A stretch of DNA of 64,000 bases, from the NCBI RefSeq assembly GCF_009914755.1, contig NC_060934.1. The stretch is one strand, 5' to 3'. Made by a program: the position numbers and the translations under genes. The stretch is from the human T2T-CHM13v2.0 reference genome, Homo sapiens. Shown here one piece after another: positions 1-11,800 of this stretch (its first letter is position 1; every line of letters begins with the position of its first letter). The notes beneath the pieces are model-generated. The model saw only the letters and a list, made by a program, of their open reading frames with translations. It was not told the DNA's origin and did not search any database.

Positions 1-2382
1 ATGTCATGCTCTCATTCCCGGCTCTATCCACAAGGGAAGTGAGCAACAGGCCTCTCCGTCTTAAAATTTGAGATGAAAATAATAGTCTGTTGGGCAGAGC
101 CTGTGAGAGCCTATAGAAATACTTCCCCACCGCCTTGATTATAAACAAGTAAATGTCCACTGGCATTCTGTACATTGACAGCACGTCCATATCCAGAAAA
201 TATGTATGACGGAGAGAAGATTTCAATTCTGAGGCCCAGAGCCCATTGTAAAACGCATACATACAAATTTTCTTTCAATCATTTTTCTCTCTACTTGCTG
301 GGAACTATTTACAACTGTGAAATGTGAGAGTTATTAGGTACGAATTTTAAAATTCTTCATTTCACACATGAGGAAACGGAGGTAGACAACTGCCTTGCTA
401 TATTGTGTATACATTATGTAAAGATTTAATTAACATTCTATTTATGTAAGAGAGAAAACCTTATTGTGGCTTAGAAGAATTACTTAGTCTTTTAAACTTT
501 AGCTTTTAATAAAACTTTATTACAAAACCTTTGCATTAAATGGGATCTAGAGCAATCTGCAGATATTTCTAGGCTGTTAGGCAAGGAAACAAGGATATTT
601 GTATCCTTTCCCTGTATCTATGTTTAATTATTGACTTTAAATCACAAGGGATGGAAAACGGAAGCTTTATGACATACTCAGGTCATTCTAAGAAAAGATT
701 ACACATAGAAATCCAAACTTTCGAAGCAGATACATTAAGGAATTATTCTGTACAGTACAAGTAAATTACCTGCCTTATAAAATTAATCATTTTATTTAGC
801 ATATGTAAAAATTATTAACATCAAAAATATCTATGTAGGCTATATGACTAAATTTAGAAGGGAGGTACACCAGCACCCAGTTATAAATATAAACATTAAG
901 AACTTTATTAATCCTAATATGATACAGAGTCTTATCTTCTAATTTATTTGTTTTCTTAAAGTTCAATTATTATTTTTTTAAATCCTTGAAGTTTTTGTTC
1001 AGTAAATCATACCTGTAATCCTGTTTGGTCTTAGAAAAGAAAGACATAAAACTACTGTTTCAACAAAGTGTATTCCTGAGCCGCAGGCTAAGCTGAAATC
1101 CATATTTTACTGTCAACAGAGTTAAGGAGATGCATGATCTTTATGGCATAGAAACTCTTTCCTCATATCCTTGTCATCAAACTGTCATGAAAACTATTTC
1201 ATGCTATTGTGGGTCAAGATAATTATTATATGCTTTTTCTCAACTTGGAAGAACTAATCATATTATAGACCTATCAAATTGCACATATATTATGAGGAGC
1301 ATTTCTCAAATGTTTCATACTTAAAAGAAACTTCTAGAAGTCCAGAGGTTGTTTGCAGAAGTTCAGTCCTCCGCTAGACCTCTCATTTCCCTATCCTCCC
1401 TCATTAGAGCCTGCAAAGGGAGCCCTACTCTCCTAAGATTATGAATAAACAAATGATGGGTAACAGACTGATCCCAGATGAGAGCATTTCCTTCAGGCTC
1501 TCGTGTTAAGATGATAAATGGGTGGACCACTTGGCCTTAAACAAATGACAGAGATATATTACAACTGATTATGGGGTATTTTCAGTTTTGTTATATGTGT
1601 CCACTCTTGACCCTCTAGATACATGAATAAAAGAAAATTTATATTATCTCTGACATTTCAAGACAAAAGCTCTAAGGAAGCTTCCTCTATTGGACTTCCT
1701 GCTTTCAGCAGTAGTAAAACAGGGTGTGGTTTTATTAAAACAACAAAAGCCTGCATGGCAGAACTTTCTGCCCTCCTTTTGTATTACAAACAATAGATAA
1801 AACCAGATTCTAATTCAGTCTTTGCCAGTGATTATTTCCCATGCCTTCTTAGCAGACGCCAGGTATTCATATTTTTGTTTCTGTTCTTACTCGACTGCAT
1901 GGTCATGTTTGGAGCAGGAAGGGGGATATTTTAAACACATTTAACCAGGTCTTCAGTTTGGGGTCAGAAACGTGCTGCAACTCCCACACCAGTCTGCAAA
2001 CATCTGGCATCCCAGATGGGAGCAATAACAACTCCGCTCTTATTTTCATAACTGCATTGCAGAAGATGTTCACTGGTTTCCTCCTCGGTGAGTTTAATTC
2101 ACACCAATATTTTAAGGAAGATTAGAAAAAGAGAAAAAAAAAGAAATGAAAGAAAACATTTCTGACAGCACAGAGAGTTGGGTTTTCATGCTCCCATTGT
2201 ACAAAAGATTCTAAAATAATTATAACATATAACAGATCTCTTAGGCTTATTTTGTGAATCAACTCAGCTATATATTATTTTCTATGCCAAAGTTTTATAC
2301 GCACCACAAAAATGCTATATTTTTCGCCCAGATTTAGGTATTATGTTTTTCTTTTAAAATGATTTTTACCAGTTAAATGGCT

Positions 2383-2402
2383 TTGTTGTTGTTGTTGTTG
2401 TT
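2383..2402. repeat. (TTG)n microsatellite
   Basis: ttgttgttgttgttgttgtt run. Confidence 0.9.
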
Positions 2403-2844
2403 TTGTAAAAACCAGTTGCAAATCAAGCCACATAGTAGAGTTGCTTTCATTCAGCCTCACTGGAAATATTGACATTAAAAGGTGCCCTGTCTATTGCATC
2501 ACCAACACTTTTCAACAGCTGCACTAAGGAGGAATAGTGTTATCTTATTTCTTGCTTCTTCCCTGAGATAATTTTCAACAGTATTGTCCAGATTTGCTGT
2601 AGTCGTTTTGCTGCCGAGAGGTTGTAAACAAATCAGGGACCCACAGGGAGACTGGCAGCTCCTGGCTGAGAGGAGTCCTCAAGGGGCAGACCACAGGATC
2701 ACAGATCCAAAGCTGGACAAGGCCTGGAGTCACCAGCACAGTGATCTTCATTTGCAGAGGATAAACTAGGGGCAGAGTCATGTCTGAACTCAGGACTAGC
2801 AGCCTAGCATTCCTGAAAAGTAGACCACTAAATGCAAGGGCTGC

Positions 2845-2955
2845 GAGAACTGGGGTTTTCGTCCCTTTGGTTGACCGACGGGTCCTAAGCAGTGCTTAGG
2901 AAGAGTGCTTGGCACATCGTGGGCACTCAATAAATATTTATTGAATGGATGAATA
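2845..2955 (+). mobile_element. L2 LINE 3' end fragment
   Basis: agtgcttggcacatcgtgggcactcaataaatatttattgaatggatgaat matches the L2 terminus with its (TGAA)n tail. Confidence 0.75.
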
Positions 2956-3064
2956 TAACACCCAGCTTCTCAATCAAGTTCACAAACCGCTGGGCGTCAG
3001 ACTTGACTTTCTTGTGTAATCCTACATAACCGGCGTTGGCAGCATGAGTGAGTGAGAGGAGTAC

Positions 3065-3275
3065 CCAGATCCAATTCATCACTCAGCCACTCACCTATGT
3101 GACCTCAGCCAAGTAATTTGGGACTGTATTTCAAAGAGCAAGTGACTCACAGCCTTAGCTTTCTCATTTGTAAGCTGAAGTAATACTGGACCTACCTATT
3201 TCATAGGAATGGATGCACATCAAATTAGCTAGCTCACAACAAACTCTACAGTGCTCTAAGCATATTGTTACTATT
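3065..3275 (+). mobile_element. MIR SINE
   Basis: Core similarity: tgtgacctcagccaagtaa ... gccttagctttctcatttgtaa ... acctacctatttcatagga. Confidence 0.7.
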
Positions 3276-3555
3276 GGCAAATGGACTCTGAGATGTAGTC
3301 ATTTTATTAACAGAGGTGTTGGCTGCAGCTAAGCTTGCGCAGGAACTCTCCAATGTGATGAAAGTCTTGACCAAAGGACATGCTAGGAGCCACGATGTGG
3401 GCTGCTGGTGAGCCGGAACCAGCTCCAGCAGAAGCCAGGCAATGAACGCACCCCATGATGAGTGCAAGGTTGGGTGGAGGAGCTGATGGGAGCAGTCACA
3501 AAGAGGGTAGGACTAGGCAGAGGTTCAAGTTAATTATCCCAAATATAAGATATAG

Positions 3556-3877
<322 letters not shown>

Positions 3878-5299
3878 CTAAAATGCAGTGTTGAGAATTC
3901 TGGGTGGATGTAGTTGTCAATATCCAGAGACATTTAGATCGTTGATAGACAAATCTATTCTCAGGACTAGGTAAAGGCATCTGGAAACCACGGCTAACTA
4001 TAAGGGAAGGAAGCTGGCAGATTCTAGGAGACAGAAATGGAATTTGGGCTCTCTTGGGTGCCGGGAGTACACCAGGTAGCAGAGGCTGAGGGGCAGGCTT
4101 GTCTTGCACTGGGGTAGAGGAAGGAGTTCAGGACTCACGTGATGCCCAGGGCTTTGTCCACTCCAGTGCCTAGACATTAGAGGTTGGGTTTCAAGCCTCA
4201 CTGATTCCTGGGGAGGGTTTCCTAATGCACCAGCAGACCTAGGCAGGGCTAAGCCCACAGAGGTTCAGGTGGAAAGGTCTGGGTTCTCTGATGCTTAGAA
4301 CTGGTGCTGACGGGAAGAAAGCAATTTTAAAAAAAAAACTTCAAAGGATGTTGTCTTTGCTGTGGGGTGATGGGAAACAACAGTTGTGGACAAACTACAG
4401 ATGCTACTTTGTGACATCTTAAAGCACGGTATTATAAAGCAAAATCCTGAATGCATACTCACCAGTTTTCAAGCGTTTATTCTGAAGGAAAAACATCAGG
4501 AAGTCAGCACCATCACTGATGCAGCAGACCAAAGAGCAATGCTTGTTTGTAGACATTGTTTACTGAGCCCTGTAACTGGAAGTCATTCCACCTTGTTCAT
4601 TGGCCATCTAGTTGACAGGCATTAAGGGAGGCCAGGGTTCGTGGCTGTTACCCAAAACTTCCTCATCATTCTCATCCATTCCAGGTCTACCAGGATTCTG
4701 ACAGGTGCCCTCCAAGAATGGTGGGTGTCTCGGCCTCTGGCTCCATCCACTCCTGGACATCTAGCTGGGTAGTGCTTTGCTTAAGCTCTGACCCTCCCGT
4801 CACACATAGCCTGCATCGGCCTGATCAGCACCCAGATGGGCTCACTCCAGCCACCGTAAAGGTGCAACATTGCAAACAACCTGCCTCAGCCTCTCTACTG
4901 GGGTTCCTCCAACCACTTCCATGAGAGACCTTGGACAGGAACCCAAAGCTTTTTGCAGGCACTGCCTATCAGATGTGGAAGAAAACAGCAAGGCAAGAAG
5001 AGGCAGTGACCCAGGAAAGGCCCACCAGCTCCAGAAGTTGCCTACTCCACAATACGGAGATTGCTCATTTCTTTTAAGGACCATTCATTTGAATTATGCA
5101 AATAATTCATTGAAAGTTGGGAAATTTTAAATTCCTAGTGGAAATACACACACACAACTATCTAGGATACTAATGTTCCTTTTTTGAGTTTTTTAAAGTT
5201 AGCTCTGGTTAAGAGCGATTTCTAAACTTCTTGAAGGTTGGGCTGGTAGATTTCACAAAATGAGGGCAAGACATGGAGGGTGGAGAGAGAGAGAAAGAA

Positions 5300-5340
5300 T
5301 TAAAAAGTACAGGACACCCAGTTAAATTTGAATCTCAGAC
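5300..5340. mobile_element. MER53-like hAT fragment
   Basis: tacaggacacccagttaaatttgaatctcaga matches MER53 subterminal sequence. Confidence 0.55.
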
Positions 5341-5459
5341 CATGCTATGCTCATTATTTTTTACTCCACAATGCTTAAAAAACAGATTTGTATGTAGTAG
5401 TTTTCCCCAAAGTTATTTGTTAAACTGAATTGGACATCATTTCAACGTATTTGCCTATT

Positions 5460-5585
5460 TATTAATGTAGCGCATACATAGCACTAACTAGGGGCTAAGC
5501 ACTCTTCTAAGTGCTTTACAAAATTATTTATTACAAATTTATTTACAAATTTATACAACTTATTTAATTTAGGCAACTGAATCAC
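5460..5585 (-). mobile_element. MIR fragment
   Basis: gcactaactaggggctaagcactcttctaagtgctttaca is antisense MIR 3' end. Confidence 0.6.
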
Positions 5586-5699
5586 GAATATAGAAAATCA
5601 CAGATAATAGTTTCTCTCTCTTTAGAATTTTAGATCTCTGGTATCTTTCTTCATAGGATGAACACAATTTGAATCTGCTTGCCATCACTGTAAAGTTTT

Positions 5700-5850
5700 G
5701 TATATGTAATTTTTCTTTGATTATGAAAGTAGTACATGTTCCAGTAAAAAATTAGGAAAATACAGAAAAGTGCAAAGGAGATAATGAAATCACTCTTCAC
5801 AGAGATAATCCACATTAGAATTTTTCATTAGACATACATTTTTGAATAGC
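5700..5850 (-). mobile_element. Old L1 (L1ME-like) 3' fragment
   Basis: ttatgaaagtagtacatgttc...ggaaaatacagaaaagtgcaaag...cacagagataatcc typical of L1ME 3' UTR. Confidence 0.5.
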
Positions 5851-5869
5851 TATGAAATAACTAGCTGCA

Positions 5870-6418
5870 ATTTCTGCACATCTATCCAAATAACATCCCA
5901 GGCCCAGTCATTCTCCATCCTATCATCCTATTTTATTGCAGTCATTACAGTTATCACTATCTGGAATTACCTCATTTCAGAGAGTGAAAACTAAATAGTT
6001 TTCATTTCTGCTGTCTCCTGCTACTAGAATCAAACCCCACTTTATGTCCCCAGTTCCAAGTACATAGTCGATGCTCAATGAATATTTCTTTTTTTTTCTT
6101 TTTTTTTTCCAGACAGAGTCTCGCTCTGTCGCCCAGGCTGGAGTGCAGTGACATTATCTTGGCTCACTGCAAGCTCTGCCTCCTGGGTTCACGCCATTCT
6201 CCTGCCTCAGCCTCCTGAGTAGCTGGGACTACAAGCACCCGCCACCACGCCCGGCTAATTTTTTTTTGTATTTTTGGTAGAGGCGGGGTTTCACCGTGTT
6301 AGTCAGGATGGTCTCGATCTCCTGACCTCGTGATCTGCCCACCTCGGCCTCCCAAAGTGCTGGAATTACAGGCGTGAGCCACCGCGCCCAGCCTAAATGT
6401 TTCTTAAATGAATGAATA
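5870..6418 (+). mobile_element. L2 3' end, interrupted by AluY
   Basis: ctgtctcctgctactagaat...acatagtcgatgctcaatgaatatttctt [Alu] taaatgtttcttaaatgaatgaat. Confidence 0.7.
6087..6393 (-). mobile_element. AluY, full length
   Basis: AluY diagnostics gcaagctc, ttcacgccattctc, cgtgttag..aggatggtctcgatc, gacctcgtgatc; many retained CpGs; degenerate TSD tgaatatttctt/taaatgtttctt. Confidence 0.95.
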
Positions 6419-7344
6419 TTCTCCATCTGTTGTGCATCAGGTCATTGTGATCAATTCAGTGTGATAACATCACATTGTGCCTCTGGTGTAGGCACATCTG
6501 AAATCATTCTCCTCAAGATTTCTTAGGCTCATGATTGAGAAAAGTTAGAATTTTGGCTAAAATTTAGAGTTCACCATATCTGAAAAAATTCTATACACAC
6601 TGAAGTGTGTGAGAGCATTTGCAAAAATACTTTCAAAATGCCAGGGAGGTCTTGTTCATTTTGGAATGTTATGGATTAATCCTTTCCTTCCTGAGACTCT
6701 CATGGGCAGAAACTGGACAATACAAATTTCAAGTGAGAACATATTTAACAAGGTCAACAGAAAATGTCATCTTCCTGTGTTCTATGAAGCCAAAATTTTG
6801 CTATTTCCCTAAAATCTTATTTGACAGAACAGCATTGTTAGGTATGAAAAATTCAATACACCAAAGGAATTCAGAACACTAAGGGAAAATCTAAATAGGG
6901 GCATTCATTTAACAATAATTGGTGTCTGAAAAGGTGCCTTATCATGGCCCTAGGACACACTGGGATGCAAAGAAGAGGGCCTGATTTACTTACGGACCTT
7001 TCCATCATTAAAGAAAATTAAATTTGATCACATGTATTATCACAACATTTCCATGAAGAAGATGATAAAGACGCTATCATTGTTCCCATACTGCAGGGTT
7101 GTAAACTAACAAGTACTTATTAAGCATTCATTGCTTGTCCAGTTCTGTGTTAAGTAAAATGTGCCTAAGAAAAAGTTTGGTTTAAAGCAGTTTTAGATAT
7201 AAAGCAATTGGAAAAAAGAGCAAAACTGAGTGGCACTCATTTATCACACAAGTTTCAGGGTAGGAGAAGTAGGCCTGGGCAACATGGAGAAGTAGCATTT
7301 CCAGAGATGAGAGGGAAGCAGAGAAGGGAGCTGTCGCGAGGACA

Positions 7345-7486
7345 ACTATAATAGAGCCTCACGTGGATCGAGAGCTCACCATCTGCCAAGTACTATCCTA
7401 AGTGCTTTGCACAAACTCATGCAGTCCTCACAAGAACTCATTGAAATTGATCCTTTTCTGATCCCCACAGATGAGGAAACTGCAGA
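7345..7486 (-). mobile_element. MIR SINE
   Basis: ctaagtgctttgc...tcctcacaagaactc...ccccacagatgaggaaactg. Confidence 0.8.
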
Positions 7487-7511
7487 ATAAAAAAAAAAAA
7501 AAAAAAAGTTG

Positions 7512-7764
7512 AGCTGGGCACAGTGGCTCATGCCTGTAATCCCAGCACTTTGGGAGGCCAAGGCAGATGGATCCCTTGAGCACAGGAGTTCGAGACCAGT
7601 CTAGACAACATGGCAAAACCTCATCGCTACAAAAAATACAAAAAATTAGCCCCGCGTGATGCACTGTGCCTGTAGTCTCAGCGACTTGGGAGGATCACTC
7701 GAGCCCAGGAGGTTGAGGCCGCAGTGAGCCGTGATGGCGCCACTGCACTTCAGCCTGGGTGATG
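7512..7764 (+). mobile_element. AluJ lacking its 3' end and poly(A) tail
   Basis: Left arm complete; right arm has an internal deletion and ends at cagcctgggtgatg; flanked by aagttgag at 7506-7513 and 7765-7772. Confidence 0.9.
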
Positions 7765-7831
7765 AAGTTGAGATAATAATATCCCAGTTATGCAGAACTT
7801 TGAGTCCTAGTTTGGGTTCAGTCTTATGAGG

Positions 7832-8310
7832 CAGCAGCTCTTAAAGTTTTTGGCTTCAGGACCCTTCATGCTCCCAGCGATTATTGAGAACCCCAAAGAG
7901 CTTCTGTTTACATAGGTTTTACCTATCAGTGTCTACTACATACAAGTTAAAACCAAAGCAAATTTTAAACATCAACATTTTTGATAGTAAAATATTAAAT
8001 GACAGTGATAAACCCATTACATGATAAAAATAACACTTTCCTGAAGAATAATTATATTTTCCAAAACAAACAAAAATTCTGAGAATATTATTTCTATATA
8101 TTTGCAGATTTCTTTCATGTCTAGCTTAATAGAAGGCAGCTGGATTCTCAAATCTTCTGCATTTAGTATGTTTAGCATGGTTGAAGCATATGAAGAAAGT
8201 CTACTCTAACACAGATACATAGTTGGAAAAAAGGAGTATTTTAATAGCCTTTTCAGGTAATTGTGGATCATCTTCTTATGCATACTACACCAAAACTTGA
8301 AAATTTCTAG
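7832..8310. mobile_element. Charlie1-type hAT DNA transposon, left part (right terminus at 10103-10131)
   Basis: cagcagctcttaaagtttttggcttcaggaccc...gaaccccaaagagctt...gcttaatagaaggcagctggattctc; matching end ggaccatactttgagaaccattg. Confidence 0.8.
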
Positions 8311-8314
8311 TGTC

Positions 8315-10101
8315 TTTTTTCTTTTTTGTTAAACTATTATTTATACATGAAAAAATTTACCAGTTTTAAATGTACAGTATGATGAAATTTAGTGCTGGTC
8401 TCAAAGTACGAAACCGTTTCCTAATCCTCAAAAATACCTTCATGCCACTTGGCACTCACTTTCCTCCCCTCACCACTAGTTCCAGGCTACCAGTGATCTG
8501 CTTTCTGTCACTATAGTTTTATCTTTTCTAGAATTTCATGTAAATGGGATCATTCGTAGTCTTTTATGTTTGTCTTCCTTCATTTCCCATGATTATTTTG
8601 AGGTTTGTCCATGTTGTATATATTAATATTTGTTCTTTTTTATACCTAAGTAGTATTCTATTGTATGGATATACCACAATTTCTTTATTATATTCACCAA
8701 CTGTTAGACACTTGGGCTGCTTCCAGTTCTTGGTTATAAACAATAATGGTGCTATCAACATTTACCTACACATTTTTTTGTGTGTGTGGATGTGTATTTT
8801 CATTTCTCCTAGGTAAATACTTGTGAGTAGAATTGCTGGAACATATCGTAAACATGTTTAATTTTATAAGGCGCTGACATAGCAGTTTTCAAAAGTACCT
8901 TCACCATTTAGCATTCCAGTCTGCAGTGCATGAGAGCTCCATTTGCTCCACACCCTTCTCAACACTTAGTATTGCCAGTATATTCCCTTTTCTAGTGGGT
9001 GTGTAGTGGTTTTTCATTGTAGTTTTAATCTGCATTTCTTTTATGACTAGTGATGTTGAACATGTTTTCATGTGCTTATTGGCTATCTTCTTTTGTGAAA
9101 ATTTCTGTTCAATTGCCCATTTTTAAATTGAGTTGTTTGTCTTATTATTAACTTGTAAGAGTTTTTTAGATATTCTGGGTACAGGCCATCTGTTGGATTT
9201 ATGTCTTGCAAAATTTTCCCCCTGTCTGTGACTCTCCTTTTTGTTATCTTAATTATATCATTTAAAGAACAGAAGTTTTTAATCTTGATGAAACTCATTT
9301 TATCAGTTTATTCCTTTTTGAAAACATTTTTATTTGAGTTAATTTTTGTATATGGTGTGAGGTAATGGTTAAGGTTCTTTTTTATATAAATACAGATATC
9401 CCACTTTTCCAGCACCATTTGTTGCAAAAACTATCTTTTCCCCATTAAATTACCTTGGCATCTTTGATCAAATCAAATGACCTTATAATTGTGCATCTGT
9501 TTCTAGACTCTCTGTTCTGTTCCTTGATCTATTTTTACACTAGTGCATCGTTGTCTTGATATATAGATTTATGGTGAGTCACCAGATGGGGTACTATAAG
9601 TCCTCTAATTCCGTTCTTTTTCTAAATTGTTTCAGCTACTCTAAGTCCTTTGCTTTGATGTATACATTTTCAAATTAACTTTCTTATTTCTTCAAAAATG
9701 CTTGTTAGGATTTTGGTTGGTATTGCACTGAATCCATGGATCAATTTGGGAGGATCACCATCTTATTGCCGTCTTAGCAATATTGAATCTTCTAATCCAG
9801 GGATCAACAAACTACAGTCTGCAGGCCAAATCTAGCCTATTTCTATATGCCTGTGAGCTAAGAATAACTTTTACATTTTGAAAGAGTGGTAAAAACAAAA
9901 CAAAGAAGAATATTCCACAGAGACTATGTGGCCCAAAAAGCCAAAAACATTTACTACGCGGCCCTTTATAGAAAAAGTTTGCCAATATCTCTGGTAATGT
10001 TTGACTATGGCGCATCTCTCCATTTATTTAGTGCTTTGCAATGTTTTTTAGTTTTCAATGTACAGGTCTTGCACATCTTTCACTAAAGGTATGCCTAAGC
10101 A
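8315..10101 (-). mobile_element. Old L1 (L1MB/MC/ME-type) 3' portion
   Basis: Antisense 3' UTR; minus-strand ORF2 C-terminal remnants IAPLLFITKNWKQPKC (8564-8761) and IKIKNFCS...KRRVTDRGKI (9083-9298). Confidence 0.9.
9798..9993. mobile_element. MER58 (C-like) hAT MITE inserted in L1
   Basis: TIRs cagggatcaacaaact / agtttgccaatatctctg; internal gtgagctaagaa, aaagaagaatat..cagagactatgtggccc. Confidence 0.85.
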
Positions 10102-10219
10102 TTATTGTGGACCATACTTTGAGAACCATTGCAGAAAGCGGTGGGGGCAGGGGACATTAATAGATTTTTTTAAAGTCAAATTACATGGTAAAAATACCGA
10201 AGTATTATTTTAATAATGC

Positions 10220-10440
10220 TATGGAAAGACCCACAGAGGCTAGAAGCAGGGCAAATGGGAAATCTACAATATTTCCATTGACAGGTGCTAGAGACATGGG
10301 TTAGGGTAGTGGGAGAAAAGAAGGAGTAAATGTTAAAAACATTTCAAAGGCAGGAAAAGCAAGACTGGTAATGGATTGGATAAAGGGGACGAAATAGAGG
10401 GAAGAGTCAAAGACAACTTCAAGGTTTCTAGCCTGTGATG
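10220..10440 (-). mobile_element. L2 fragment
   Basis: ggtaatggattggata...gaagagtcaaagacaacttcaaggtttctagcctg. Confidence 0.75.
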
Positions 10441-10599
10441 TTAAATGGCTCGTCCATGGTGATTTTTATTTGGTTTCCTTTTATCATCTGGAGGCACAAA
10501 TAGGATTTTCCCACATCTAGCTATTGTAGTTCCCTATATTTATTCAGATTTACCATTGAAATTGCCTTCTATCTCTTCACACCCTGTTAGTGAACAGGT

Positions 10600-11448
10600 A
10601 GTATTTTGATGGATGTTACATGATCAGAGAAATCCCGGGTCTTGGCAGCATGAGGAACGTAGCTTTCTTTAAATCTTTGTCTTAATTAATCATTTTTTAG
10701 TATTTTGAAAGCTTTTTGGTGTTGTAGCAACCTAATAGAACATTATTTTTACAACCTTGTTTGTTCAGAAATCATTAGCCCTTTAAGACATTTATGTTAT
10801 TGATGACATTTATTATTTTTTTCTTTTTCCATCCTTTGGCTTCCTTTTGAAGTCACACTATTAAACCTCCTTAAAAATATTTATGTGTGTTTAGTTAACA
10901 AAAGCTCCTGTAAGTTGAATCCATGCTGGGAAAAGGTTCAGGTAAGCTCTCTATATAAGCTTACAGACAATTGTGTAAATCTTCAGCCATTAAAGAGAAA
11001 GGAGAAAAAAGCCACCCTCATTACACTGCTGTCATTTACTCTTCATCTCCTGTCCTCTTTAGCAGCATTAAGATGGGATGTAAATTTGCCAGTTAATGCT
11101 GTTAGAAAATGGATGGTTCAAGAAGGGCAGGAATTAGAGATCAGTATTAGGTGCAGATAAGCTCCTTTGCCTCCGCAGTGGCGGCTGTTTAACATTCATG
11201 GGAAAATCATCATCAAACAGCGTTATCACAGCTCTGTTGATGGCTGAGGAACTTCATCACTATGATAATTTTTTTTATAGCTGTGAGCCAAAAAGCTCCC
11301 TTTTATTTCTGCTGTCTAGAGCTGTGATAGAGGTTTGTTTGTATGGGTAGGAGACAGCAAACCCTGGGCTCCTCAGCCGGGTTTGATTTCGCCCCCACCC
11401 CCCGTCTCTGTTCTTCCCTTGTGCATGTTGCACTAAACAGTCCTACTG

Positions 11449-11484
<36 letters not shown>

Positions 11485-11800
11485 GGAAGTCCTCCAACAA
11501 TCCTTCAAAGCATAACAGATATTTTTATGATCAGTAATTCAAAGTTTGACAAGTGATGCCATTCTGTAATGAAACTGTCATCCATTTTATTGTGAGCAAA
11601 ATGCTAACTTGATAAATGGAAGGTGGAGGGGTGGGAGCCAGCCCAAAGCAGGGTAAATAAATGCCTGAGTCTGAATACCTGGAAAGCAAACTATTCAAAA
11701 CAGTCCAAGTATCCCTCAATGGCGTATTTCTCATCAATAGGCTAAGTCGTCAAAGCTCCTTGCCTGTAATTATTCCTTTCTGAGTCAAGCAGAGTAAACC
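10600..11800. promoter_or_regulatory. Putative conserved non-coding element / developmental enhancer block
   Basis: No recognisable TE; SOX (acaattgt near 10968), TALE (ctgtca, tgaca), FOX (gtaaataaa near 11653) and TAAT motifs. Conservation is inferred, not measured. Confidence 0.5.
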
